Below the pieces are notes generated by a model. The model saw only the letters and a program-made list of their open reading frames with translations. It had not been told where the DNA came from and made no database searches. Shown one piece after another: positions 1 to 12,880 of a DNA stretch of 64,000 bases. The position numbers and the translations under genes were made by a program. The stretch is from Klebsormidium nitens (taxonomy: Eukaryota > Plantae > Klebsormidiophyceae). Position 1 is the stretch's first letter. The number at the start of each line of letters is the position of its first letter. The stretch spans positions 237,427 to 301,426 of the forward strand of contig DF236988.1 of assembly GCA_000708835.1 (NCBI GenBank). The letters run 5' to 3'.

Positions 1-3000
1 CTGGAATGCCTCACCCGGGCGCTGCTGCTGCTGCTCACTCGGGCGAGCCCGAATGAACCTGGGAGGGAGGGCGAGGAGGGCTACTCGGAACTTGAGGTGA
101 GACGTCCGAAAGTGTCAAGTGTTTTGTACTCGGTGGGCAGGCGAGGTTCAACACCCCGGGATTATATTTGCAGTGGTGGGCGAGCCCGGGAGGGAGGGCG
201 AGCAGGGGTACTCGGGACTTGAAGTGAGCCACTCCTGGGTTGTCAAGAACCCGTTGTAGAAACCCCTCTCCTGCCGGGGCTGGTGCCCGGACAGCATCGA
301 AGACCCGGCGTATCTTCCTTCACCCTTCATTCCTGGTTTGCAGAGAGCTCTAGCTTTGTCTCTCATATTCTCTCTTCGGAACCAACCTTTCAAACTCGCC
401 CGCCAGGACAGAAACTCAAACAAGGCATGTGCTTCCTGCCCCTCCCGAAAAGGTTCATGGAAGGCTCTCAGTGTCCCCCCCACACTTCGCCGTCTCCGAA
501 ACAAACATTTTGAGTTGGTTCCTCAAAGCTGGTGGCCGGACGGCTTCTTGGACACGTCGTGCCCCTCTACCCTCTGATGCAGAACGACTGTTCCCCTCTT
601 TTCTCCAATTGTAACGTACCCTACTCGTCCCCCAGGGCTGGTGCCAGGACAGCATCCTGGACCTGGCGTCCCTCTTCCTGCACCTCATGCGCCGCAACGT
701 GGAGGTCTTCATTGCGCACCAGGCCGCCGCCTACTCCCCCGCCGAGAAGCGCCCCTCCGTCGAGGTCGCCTTTCCCGGCCTGCCCGGAACACGCTTAGTG
801 GGCGACCGGGGTTTTCTGGAGGGGCTTTTGAAGGCGACGTCCGGCGCGCATGTGTTGAGGAAAAGAAGAGACGATCGCGAGAGAGGCGCCGGCGAGGGGC
901 CGCTGCGCAAGAGCGGGCAAGGCAACGGGGGCGTTGGGTACCACACGCAAGAGGTACGGTTTTTGGCCGCCTTCGACGGTCTTTCGTGCTCCTTCCGGCT
1001 GCGACGATGAACGACTGACGTTCTTCCGTGGGTTCTGGCGCTGCTGGCGCTGGTTCCAAGGTTTACTTCCAAAACAGAAGTAAAAAGTTCCCCTTCTCGC
1101 AGATCACGGCACTTCTTTTCAAAGTTCTGGTTGAGTGGAAGATTCCCTTCCGACCGACGCTCTCCGGTAGTTTGCGCATCATGGCGCTGCTATCATTCTT
1201 TCAAAGATCTACAAAATGGAGGAAAACCCACCCCGTTATCCCGCAGGTCACGGCATTTGTTGCAGTAAACTAAAGACCTGAGAGTTTTGCAAGTCCCGCA
1301 ACCGAGAAACAATGAATCCGCGTTTTGTAGTCCGTAACACTGGTCCCATGGTCCGAAATCCTGCCGGAGTCAAGAGACTCAGGAATTACGAAACGTTCTT
1401 CCTTCCTCCCAGATCACGGCGCTTTTGGCGGTAGTCCAGGACTTGACGAAGCGCACGCTGGCGCTGCCGGCCATGTTCCCACCGACGCCCCCGCTCCCCA
1501 AATTCATGGCGCTGCACTACGCGGACGGCTGGAGCAGCGTCGGATGGGAGGAGGTCAACAAAGCCATCCAGGCGGTGAGGCCAGCACGCTGCACACGTGT
1601 TTTTGTCGATACTTGGCCGTAAGCGAGGTTGCGCATATGGGTCTGGAGGGCACTTGTATGACGCATAAATGAGCGGATTTGACGTAGCTTCGCTCCGAAT
1701 TACTGATGGACGTTGCAACCCAGCCCTGATATTTTGTGGCTTGCTTTGAAACACTTTACCAGAAGTGGCTACTCAGGTGAACATTCAATGTTTTGAACGA
1801 GCGCTACAGCAGCGGCTTCCGAGTTGATTGTTTCTTGTGGTTGCTAGTTATACCTCTTGTTGTAAAGATTGCTGACTTCAATCCAAGCGGTGACCAAGGA
1901 AGGATACAACTTGATCAGGCAGAAAAACTCCTTTCAACAGCAACATCGGCCCGGCTCCATTCTTCGTCTTAGTCGACCAGACAAACCTTTCTACTTCGGC
2001 CCAACTCCATTCATCCTCTCGACCGACCAGACAAACCTTCCTAACGATTCAGTTCGCGAGATTCGAATCTCGTGTGAGACTGTGATCGCAATATGGAAGC
2101 CGCCCGTACAGCCGCTGGAAACCAAGCTTAGCAATCAAACCGTCAGAGTAGCTATGCCGACTGTAAAACGCTTTATTCGCCCTTGGAAAATTCTTCTCTT
2201 TGCCTCTCGCTCAGGTCGGCAACACACTGCCCCGTCCTCTCGGCGCCGACTCGGTCGGAATGCTTCTCCGCAATCTGGACGTTCTCGTTTCTTGGGAGCT
2301 GCCCGCCGACGAATACAGCCCGGGCCTCGTAAACTCAGTCCCCGACCAGTCTTACCTAGTGAAGATGGGCTCTGCCATGCTCGGGACAGGGCCCGGGGAG
2401 AGCGCCCGGGAAGTTGGACGCAAGAGGCGGCGGGCGGAGCACGCGATCGCGACCGGAAAAGGAAGCGCAGGGGCGTTACGGGCGATTGTGGGGAGCCGGA
2501 GGGATCAGTTGGATTTCCGGTGGAAGCCGACGGCGACCAAAGGCATGGTGTGGGTGAGTCAGATTGGAGCTTCTGCATCTGCGTTATGTCGTTGACCCGC
2601 CATTTTGGCTCCTGAGGGAGAAAATTATGGCTCAGGTATTGGGGAAAGATGAATGGATCGATTCCGGTTCTACCCCCTCGCTCTTCCAGCTCGAATGATT
2701 GCTGAAGTGAAGGATTCCCATTGGGCACTAGCAAAAACCGTCAGCCTTCGGTCGTAGACAGAAGTGCAGTGGTTGTTGCAAAATTTTCTTAAAAGCTCGT
2801 CGTCTCATATGTCTCTGCTAATACCTTGTAAGTTGTCATTCGAAGCGTGATCCGACTCGTGATTCACTCGGTCTCATTCGTAAGGCAACTGAACTGATAC
2901 GAAGCGTTTTGTGTGCAGTGCGGAGGGTGCGGGAAGAGTACGGCTTGTCTGTACCTGGAGGGATCGGAAGAAGGGGACCCCGACCGCGCTCAGAAGTGGC

Positions 3001-3071
3001 GGGCTAGCTGGGGCGCCAACTGGGCAACAAGGTGTCCGCTTTGTTTAGGATGCTGGCATCCCGCCTTCTGA
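1..3071 (+). CDS. MED16: Mediator subunit 16 (SFR6-like), 3' part. Exons <1-96, 636-953, 1413-1574, 2215-2553, 2919-3071
   Basis: All four introns are GT-AG, phase 0. The spliced peptide has LPGTRLVGDRGFL, DLTKRT..ALHYADG, LPRPLGADSVGMLLRNL, RKRR, IVGSRRD..WK and a C-terminal CxxC...W..RCPLCLGCW*. These match, from memory, the plant MED16/SFR6 C-terminus (PRPRGADAAGLLLREL, GSRRDVV..WK, CPMCGGTW). Confidence 0.82.
178..551 (+). repeat. Decayed copies of exon-intron junctions in MED16 intron 97-635
   Basis: 178-229 copies the upstream exon end plus donor (GGGAGGGAGGGCGAG..TACTCGG.ACTTGA.GTGAG). 278-298, 402-411 and 528-551 copy the start of the next exon (GGCTGGTGCCAGGACAGCATC). Confidence 0.75.
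1091..1262 (+). repeat. Decayed copies of the 3' splice site and exon start in MED16 intron 954-1412
   Basis: GCAG|ATCACGGCACTT at 1103, ATCATGGCGCTG at 1178 and GCAG|GTCACGGCATTT at 1247, versus the modelled CCAG|ATCACGGCGCTT at 1413. Confidence 0.75.
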
Positions 3072-4867
3072 GCAGTTTCGAACCTGAACCGTGTCATCAT
3101 TGATTATATTCAATCTCAAGGTCCAAAAATTTGTGCTCCGGCATACGCACAATGACATCGTGCCGTGCCAGCCGCGTGGTCTTCACCGCTTTTCTAGATA
3201 TCTGCAAGTCAGAACCTCTGGTCGAAGTCTGCTCAGTCGGATCGCAAGCCTGTGCTTGACGCGCCTGCTTCGTGACCAGCATGCGTCTGACATCTGCAGT
3301 GCACCATGCGCCACTGGGATGTGTTGTCAGTCGCTCAATCTGCTTCAGAAATGGTCATGCTTGAATTATATTAGATTGGTTGGATGAGTGGTCCCGATCG
3401 ACTTTTGAGACGTGCCTTGCTGTTTTGTCGTTGCCTTCTGTTCTTGGATCCTTGGTGGCGATGACATACAAGCCAATCGTTGACCGAGTTGTTCTCAAGG
3501 ATGCCACGCGACAAACCGCTCATCTTGTGCTCGATCCGTTGGTATATCTGCTGGTCAAGTAGCTCGAGACAGCCGGCCTAAGCTCTATGGTCCTCGAAGT
3601 TTGTTGCTGCTGGGTGTCTTTATTTCCGGTCCATTTCCTCAGACAGCTGGTAACGAAGTGCAGATCGCGGGACACATCTCGAGGCGACAGGTCCTCGGGT
3701 TGCAAAGTTACGACGCGTGCCCTTCTAAAAAGTTCAGTTGTGCTTCCACAAGCTGTTGGCACCGGTTGGCCTGAGCCTGCATGACCGCATGATCGCAGAT
3801 CTTGACAATCATCAGATGCCAATGTCACCGGCACTGGCTGAATTATGTAAATTTGAATCACCACACACCGAGGGAAAGTGTCGGGCCTGTTTTCTGCGTC
3901 CACTGCATCGCTTTCAGCAGCTCAAAGAGCGGCTTCTATATGTTGAATAGTCTGTCATCGATTCTTCTACCTTGTCTTCCTGGCGATGATCGACGAAGGG
4001 ATCATATGACCAGCGGGTCATTCATCGTTCTCCACCTTTAATCCCACGTTAGCCATTTTGCGGTACATGTCAAAGCTACTCCTTTGAAACGCCAATTCTG
4101 GTTGTCATGCTAGGGGTCAATGGCCCATAATCATGGGGACTTTTGTGCAAAGCAGGACAGCAAATCCCGCCCACTACAGTTTAAGTCTTATCAAAAACGT
4201 TGTTCTGCGTGAAGGTGTCGATCCGGGTCATGTAGTTTGAACAGTCAACGCTTGGAGACCGCATATGTGTATGGCAAACAACACAACAGATCGTTTAGAA
4301 ACGCGATCTTCGATGCCTCCTTGTCACGAATGGAACAACACAGACAAAATGCTCATTTCGGAGCCGGCCGTGTCCAGAAGGGAACATGCAGGCTGCCTTC
4401 GTCCTCTTGCATTTTCTAATGGCATTCAAAAGCCAATCACTTATCGTTGATAAGTGTGCAGGTGCTGCATATTTGTTGTTGCTTGTTCCAATCTGCTTGG
4501 TTGACGATTTCTGTTCGCAACGGCCCACCGTCAGAGCCACCTGTCCAAATGTGCTGAATCTCCACTCAAGTAAGGATAGGCGAACGCTTGCCAGTAAGGC
4601 AGATATGTAACGCCCTCGCTCGATGCCACCGTCGGCGTATAATGTCCTTCGGTGCCTGATACCAAGTTGACTATTCTGCAAAGAGACAAGCATTCTAAAG
4701 AGACAAGCATTCTTGGCTTAGTCACGACTCTGCTTTTAAGAACTTGATTGCACGCGACTGGATATTGCAGTAACGTATTGAGGGACTTCAAATTCGGTGC
4801 TGAGTTAATGGCAACAAGGACTTTGAAAAGTCTTTGACAGCATAGCAAATGTTTTGCGGTTCGTTAC

Positions 4868-4975
4868 TCTAGTAACTTGAAATATGCGTTCCTTGGTGGG
4901 TTACGCTCCGCTGCACAAATGGTAACTTATGAAGTTTCGATAGGGTTATTCCTTATGACGGTTATGCGTTGGTTC
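4868..4975 (+). pseudogene. nad1: NUMT: fragment of mitochondrial nad1
   Basis: Frame from 4868 reads [32 protein letters not shown], matching the conserved Nad1 segment [28 protein letters not shown]. Codons are AT-rich, with no start codon, splice context or flanking nad1 sequence. Confidence 0.85.
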
Positions 4976-5299
4976 ACTACCCATATAAGATAATTATACC
5001 TGTTCGCACAGTTGTCACATGTTATCTTCTGCACTGGATATGACGTTACAAACTATACTTTCGCACGTACATAAGGCCTGCGACTTCCCCAAGTGGTCGT
5101 GGAAGTTGCACGCCTTGAAGGACGCTGGTTGAAGCCAGCTATTGTGCGTCACTTCGAATGTTTGAATCTAAGAAACACGCGAACTTGATGTCTAGAGCCG
5201 AGAGATGACCAACTTGCACTGGTGGGCGAGCGACACACCTGAAAAGCCCTCCGTGAATCGCTAGCCGGCGAAAAATTCACAGCTCCACTGGCCAACACC

Positions 5300-5890
5300 T
5301 TACCAGGTTATCCATATCTCAGACATAAGGAACTCCTGAAGACATTTTCCCGGATTGGTTTCAAGTTGATCAGTGGCTATGAAGACTAGAACGAATTGGC
5401 CATGACCCTTGGCCACGGTTGTGTTGAGTCCGAGCTCGGTACGCCACCAGTTCAGGGCTGTCATCCTGGGCTTGAGGTGCCAATGTGCCATCTAGGTAGA
5501 CTTAAGAAGTTCGCAGCCTTTTTTCCATTCGTTCTATCCAAGTGCGAAGCCAATCAAATGCTGGAGCTCATCTGGGGTGCGGTTTTGCTATCTAGGTGGT
5601 CGCTGAGAAGTACTTTGACGCTCTTTCCCTTTGCCTCTATTCTGCGGTGTGCGTGATCAATTGCTAGAGCAGGTCGGAAACGACGACTTAATTACGTGTC
5701 CACGTGTCCGGCACGCGCCACATGGTGCAGAGAATGTCGCGGTGCCAAGGAACCATGCTTTGAAAGCTAGACGTTGTTGGGATTCCACGCTCAGTATTCG
5801 AGAGTCGACGAACCTGATTCTTATTAATTTGTCCCCACCAGGCGCCAAAATGAGTTGGACGTAACATATGACTCTGGTTCGTGCTCATCA
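5300..5890 (-). pseudogene. Decayed coding relic with a zinc-knuckle-like motif, probably TE-derived
   Basis: ORFs 5657-5848 and 5300-5491 share one frame, and the intervening stops are only TGA/TAG. Contains CGACRTRGH. No family identified. Confidence 0.35.
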
Positions 5891-8800
5891 TACGCAAAGC
5901 TTGAGATCCGTGCTGTTTTGTTCCATGATGGCGCACTTTCCGAAACATACATTTTTCAGGGGACACGTCAAAGGAGCCACATGTGCTCCTCTGCTAGCTT
6001 GCCGTCCACTTGTCTGGAGGTGCCCACGTGTCCACCGGTGTCGACACTCCTACCGGCTCTCATGAAACAGCGGTGAGCCGGGTTGATACCGGCGGCACAA
6101 AACAATCTGCCCGCTTGTGCTGTTCTTTACCGAGTGTGAATTGAGGTTTGGAAAGGATCGTGCCCGTCCAAACGAAACCCTGAAGCGAGAGGCTGCTTTG
6201 CCATGTTTCGGTCGATCATTGCTGCTAGTTGTCGTCAATATTAAATGGTTTGTGGGCTTTTACTAACCTGCTTTTTCATGGATCATAAATGATGACGACA
6301 TATGCGAAATTCCTCAGGTGCCCTTCCATTTTACAATGACCTTTGCCACTAAAAGGCAAGGATTTGCCATCCCTTTTGGGCTTAGGCCCATGGTTGTGCT
6401 CACGTCGAACTTGTAACTCTGACGCCTCCATCCGTGCGTTGATAATGACCATCCCAACGAGCTTTTGCTGGCACGAAGTAGACTCCGAGGGTTGTGGTTT
6501 GAGTCCAACCTTTGTTTCTCAAGGAGCTGACAAGACTCACTGTTGCCGGACAAGAAGCCGCCAGAGGATGTTTATAGTCAGACCCTCCACTTCTCAGCGG
6601 TGCACGTCTGTTCGCCTTTTTTCAAACCTGCTTTCTCTTTCTGCGCCAAGGACGGCAAGGACGATATACGCTATGGCCATCTGGTCAAGTCGCAGTGCTC
6701 ACGAGAGGCTCACATATTTCTCAAGATGTCGAATGTACGTTGTCGCATCAGCCTTTTCATGCCGGAGGCTTTCTTCCGCACCACATGACTTGCTACTCAG
6801 TAATTGAACGGTCCTGGTGGCGGCGTGTTATTCCGCTCAACGGTCTTTCATCAATACGCTGTTTCGTTGAAAAGGTGCGACCCTCGATCTCGACAATCAT
6901 AGGAGGAAGATCCTTGCTTGCCTCAATCTTCGTGAGTCTCAGCTTCTCAACCGTTGGCAATGCAGTCTGTGCGAGGCCCACCCTCCTGTCGAAGCAGAAT
7001 TTTGCTGGGTAGAGAATCGTGTTTGAGCCAGTTTGAGCCGAGCGTACGGTTTTCCTTTCAACAACAACTTGACGGTGATGCAACGTTGCGCTCAACCTGG
7101 CAACCGCCAGAGCCCGGTGTGCGCTTCTGAGTCACGTCTTCGCTGTCCTGGCACGTTGAGGAAGTGGCTGCACGTCGAAGAAATGGTGCGTCGCGTCGTA
7201 TTCATAACTATCTCATCGACGACCGAAGTTAAGGGTAACATCCCCCGTGGTCTCTCCAAACTTCCCGTTGCGTTCTCTGTGGGGTTACTGAGTTGTTTTT
7301 AGCTTTGTATGACACGTTCGGATCAGTCGAGGAGTTACTAGGATTCTAATCAAAGTTTCCACATTCAAAAAGGCAACCAGTCCGCAAGCCGTCCCTTCTG
7401 GAGCGTTAAGGTTTCTCGCCTTCACCAGTCTTCCCCAGGAACAGAACTCTGGAGCGGTGACGAGAACACATCATTTTTAGCATCGTCTTGTGTGACGTGA
7501 ATCCATTCTTTCAAAAATGAAATAATTTTGCATTTAATTCCTTCTTTGGGACCTTCCACTTCCTCGTCAAGCTCCAACACATCCGTTAAGTGCTCACACT
7601 CGCAGCACAGACCGCGTATATACGACCAGACCATCCGGTTACTTCAAAAGCTGCAAACGCCTCCACCTTGGGCCTCGCCCGAAAGAGAAGTTGTTAGGTG
7701 GCTTGCGGCAAGGGTTGTTGCTTGAGTGGTCCTTTATCGCTGCCATTCTTTGCTTCTGTTGCCAAAATGTCTTCATGGCGGCCTCTCTGGGCGTGTGGCC
7801 TCTTTGATTCTATCTGCGTTTGGTGTGCCCTTGATCTTACCGCTCCGCCGAGCTTCTCGTTGACCGACCAGAGCAACGCCGTACTGCTAGTGCTCCTGTT
7901 TCGTTCCTAACTTCTTGTCTGACGTTCATGCGAAGCACATGCCTTTACCATTCTGATCCGTTACCGTGGAATTAGCTTTGGTTCCCCGCGTTTGGCGAGG
8001 AGGAAGCACCGCTGCAATTGCTGCCGAGATGGGCTATTTGCAAGCAAGTATAGTAGTGGTCCGATTGCCTCAGGAAGCGTCACCACATTAGCTGCGTTTC
8101 TGTTTCGGAGCCTTTTGGGTCACAGCTCAAACAGCTTCATGGATCACGTCAAAGTTGCCGCTTCGAAAGGCACACTCTAGCCGAGTACAGAATCTTGACC
8201 GCTTTGACGTCAAGATGCGGCTGATCCAAGAGTGCAAGATCGAATTCGAAAGCTTAGGACTTTAGGCCTTTGGAAGTGGGCAGGCTTCCGCTAAACAACA
8301 TCTGTACCTTAATTGCATACGTCATATACGAGGATGGCACGTGCATCCGGGGGCGCATGCGTTGATGGATCTAAGAGTGGATCGAGATATTCTGCCTGGT
8401 TGGCGTGACCGGAAATCATGTTCCTGACGACTCAGCAAGGATTCTGTGAAGACGGCCTCGTACGTAATGTTGTTCCATAGCATCGGCTTAGCTAGCTTGG
8501 GCTAAACACAACAGCCTTTTTCCTTCACGGAGCGCGCAAATATTCCCCGTTGTTTCAAAGTTGTTTGCGCACACTACAAGTCAAGGTGGAAATAGAAGGT
8601 ACCGGAGTTTCAGCGTTCGGCGCCCTCCACCTAAACTCCTCATCCTGCGGGTTGCAGTGATACGAAGAGCCTACTTGGTCATTCTGAGTGCAGGTCGGTG
8701 CGTTCAAATGCTGCCTGATTCGAATGCAGCCAGCTTCAGCTGCGGCGATGAGGGACGACCCAGTGGGCAAAAGGTCAATACGTAGAGGAGAACGACATGA

Positions 8801-11800
8801 TGCTGCGCTTTTAAGTTCGGCGTTCACGATATTACTACCTTATTACTACCTTCCGCTTTTCAGGGCGTATCCGCTAGTATCGTCTTTGGACGCGTTTGCT
8901 CCGAGCAGAAAATAACATAGCGCATCGCAATTGACGCAAGGAGGATGCGTCAACTGCATTGCATTATTCACTGGATTATGTGTGGATCATGCACGAGGCG
9001 TCAGCTATTGACGCCGTCTTGGTTTATCACTCCCATAGAATTTGGAAAACCTGGAAATCACTGTCAGCATATGTTTGCTTTGTCCTGCATTTTTCTCGTC
9101 GGCAATGATCAGCTGCCGCCTGACCAATTGGTTTCGGTGGTCGGCTGCTGAAGTGAAGCCACTCAACAATGTACGAACAGCTCCCCAGCGACTTCTATTT
9201 AGTGGGCATGAAAGTATAAGCCCGCTTTGAACTTCTCCTGACATCGTGTCAGTGAAAGATAAAAAATTGAATGAAGGTGGGACTCTTACTTTTCCTCACA
9301 GTCGATGGAAACGCCTTTGCGTCAAACTGGCCACCTTCAAAACCAATCTTTGCTGATTGAAATACACGATCTTGAACTGTTAGACGAGAGTGGTTGATCA
9401 GACGGTCTAAGAGCCATGTATAGCGAAGGCCAAAAACTCGAAGGGGAGGGCGGCAGACTTGCGTAGACAGGTTTCGGCAGTTGACGTAGTGCACCAAGCT
9501 GACGCCATATTTTGAGCCTATGCGCTAATCAAGATGAACATAATGAAAGGCGTGACCTTGACCTTCGTGTGCTTTAGCACGAGAGAATGGAAACACGTAC
9601 GACCGATCGTACGTGACTCCCCTCTTGGTGGGCGGTGCCTCTCGAAAATTGTCGCCTTCCAATTGCGGTCCGTTCAGAATTCTTCAAGGTTTCACAATCA
9701 GTTGCGCCTGCCACAGAACTTCGTCCAACCATACTCGTACAGCCTTGCATGAAAGCAGACCAAGACAGCACCAGCAAAACCGACATTTCCTTCATCGGCG
9801 AGGCTTTGCCCTTCGAGTTAGAAAAAGAAGAGCTGGTTAGACGCTCAATGCTCTCTTTCCCGGCTCCCGGGTCCTCAGACCTACTTTCGGTGCGGCGATG
9901 ATGAACGCTCAATGAATGGCCATAGGTCACTCGCCGTTGACCGGATCGACTTGATGCCGCGCTCTTCCTTTCGTTACTTTCTCGACCTTTCGTAGCGTAT
10001 GTCAGCACGCTACGTGTTATTGAATGCGTTTACTCCATACATGACATCCTTAGGATCAAACAATCGGGATGTCTTGGACATCATCCACTGCATCCACTGT
10101 CTGGAATTAGCAGTGGGCAACGCTTCCACTCCATGAGGCCACATGAGCAAGTACGTGGATTGATGCAAGATGCGTCAGCTGTTAATGTCGTCTTAGGTTA
10201 CTCCAAAGACTGTGCAAGAGTAAAGCGGATGTCGTCAAGCATCGCTTCGTGCGATGACGAGTTGCTGCCGGATCAACTGGTCAGGCTCTGCAAACATCTG
10301 TTCGACTGAAGCCGCTCAACAATGTCTCAACAGCTTTTCAGCCACTCAAGCTTGTCCCCAACAGGGACCACTTTCGGAGTTTCTTTCAACCACAACACTT
10401 ACATAGTCGACGCGAGAGTTTCGAATGAGTAGCCGTGGACAGTCAAGCCTTCTTTTTGTGTGTGTGTAGAAAATGTCACACGAAGCCGGCCTACAACCTG
10501 TTTGCGGTCACGTAAGACCAACGAACAATGCTGCGCTTTCAAGTAGCCAGCCGAAGCAATGCAGAGATGAACTATGTCTTTACATCCGTGGCACTGATGA
10601 CCGTGATTGATCCGCGGGGTCATGAGAGTACTCGAGTGAGTCTCCGACGCCACAACATTCCAACTGTATTCCAGGAACACCGCAACTTCGATCGCCTGAC
10701 TGTTAAGTTAGGTGGGCCGACTTAGATCCTGACCTGACGAGACGACTTGGCAAGCACTTTTCAGGCAGATCAGCTCTTATGCTGTTCTATATGGGCTCGA
10801 AGTAAACCCTTGAAGGGGAGCCCATCCTTGAAGCAACGCGGATTCGAACCTACATGAAGCTTTAATATCGTGCCAGCTCATTCTTCGACGTACGATCCCT
10901 TATCTTGTCCCTTGTATCCAACTTCGCTTGTCCCAAACCTCCGCGGTGTGTCTTCTAACATTCATTGAAATCTCGTCTCTTGCTATCAGTCAGGGCTCTC
11001 TCAAACGTTAAGTAAGACATAAGAGTCATCAATAAGACTCATTGGACCTATTGGACCTGGTTTATACCACTCATTTTCAATCTCTGCCTACATTCCATCC
11101 GATTTAGGAACATTTCGAGCTCGCTTTCTCCAACATAGTCTCAGTCGCCGGTACGTCCTAGATTTCGAGAAGGCCTATGATCGAAAGTGAGGGATCGAGT
11201 TGCCACATTGGAAGTCTCCGCCTCACCTTCTTTTGAGGCGGGTCCTGGACAAAGCAATATTTTGCGATCCGATTGACCAATCTGATGTTGTGAGTCCCGG
11301 TAGTGATGGATTTCGAGGTGGCGTGTCCGTCCGCCATATTTCGGATTCCTTCGCCCAAACGCCGGCAGTCGCAGAGACGTTCGTCCCTATTCGCTTTCTC
11401 CGATCTTCTTCTAATGAATGACAACTTGCTAGCATAGATGAACTTGTGGTGACGTCACGGCTAACGCTCGCCGCAGATTACCACTCTGACCACAGTCCTG
11501 ATCAGGAACTTTTCGGGACTGTGAATCGAGACGCTCTCGGTTGCCGGATCACGCGCTCAAAGCGCTTCTGTTATATGACCTTTCAACGAAGCGGATAGTT
11601 TGGGAAAGACTATTCTCAAAAGCGCTCATCTGCGTGGACAGAGGCGGCGACTGCCAGTGCAGTCCCGGCCGTCAATGTCTTTGTACGTGCCTGCAAAATA
11701 ATTGCGTTTACATCTTCATTTATTCAATTCTTTGCGAGGAGCTTTGCTCGTAGAAGAAACTCAGGGGCTCTTCTTGTTGTGTGACCACTTCATAGTCCGG

Positions 11801-12880
11801 CGATGACAGAGTGGTCACCTAACCGTACGGCCAGATGATGATCCGCGCGTCTTGACGCGAGGGCTATTCACACCGATACACGTACTTCATAACTCCCGAC
11901 GGCACACAGATGTGAAAACGCCCACCCAACTTTTGAGCAGAGTCTTTCGACCGCCAACGGTGTCGCTGGTGCTAGCTTCCCATATCCAGTTGGAAACTCT
12001 GCTTCCTTGCCTGGATCTTTTTGAGATGCTCCCACATGCCTGCCACTGCAATCCAACGACTCTGAAAGGTGACGTGACGGCCCGGATGCGTCTAGGTTAT
12101 ACGTCTAGATTGGACCAGTTGATTGCCCCAAGAGTATCGTTTTGATTCAACACTTGGGCTTTGCAGCTGGTAAATAGACGGTTGGGGTTGTGGAGAGCCG
12201 ACGTAGGTTATACATGAGTTACATCCACTGGAATGGTTCTCATTCTGTTGCCCACGATTGCACAAGCAGGCAAGCTAGGGTCTGCTTCTATGTACGTGCA
12301 ATCGCAAATGTGCCGTGCGGTTTCTATGACCGGAGAACGGCGGCGCATGCCATCGTATTATCAGCAGATTTGACCTTAGCATTCATGAATCGAGCAAAGC
12401 GAAACAACAAACTGGCACGTCGGCAAAACAGAACAATAGTCTTTGGTATTTCGCTTCGTTGACCACGTGTAGCATGAACCACATGATGAGCCATGTGTCT
12501 GCAAGGATCCGCTTATGTGAGAGGACATTGACGACGTTGCATAATTGAATACTCGGCAAACAACTCTCCCAATGAAGGAAAGTACATCTACTTGGACAGT
12601 GAAACTGGCAGCCCACAAGTTGTTTTCAAACCTTTCACGGCCCTCTTCGGCAAAAGGCCGACCGATACGTATTGCACTATCTCCGAACGCTAGCACTGCA
12701 CTTTGCTCCAGTTCGGGGTTTTCATGAGCTTCTCTGTTTGACTGCAAAGGAACGAAGGACCCACTGTTCCGTGAACCCAGACCTAGCCTCCTAGTAGGCT
12801 TTGCACAGACCTTTCGACCACGGGCCCTTCACCCACCGACTTCGTTCCCTCCTTTCTTCTTCGCTCTACCTTAGGGCACG

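Noticed and set aside
4654-4670. Minus-strand CA-ACT-TGGTATCAG resembling a tRNA-Met primer-binding site (a similar 9-mer occurs near 17619)
   Set aside because: I found no LTR pair, gag or pol next to either; a 9-mer match is expected by chance.
10825-10890. Minus-strand GGTTCGAATCC (tRNA T-loop/B-box)
   Set aside because: The T-stem does not pair, there is no acceptor stem at the right distance and no A-box; not a tRNA.
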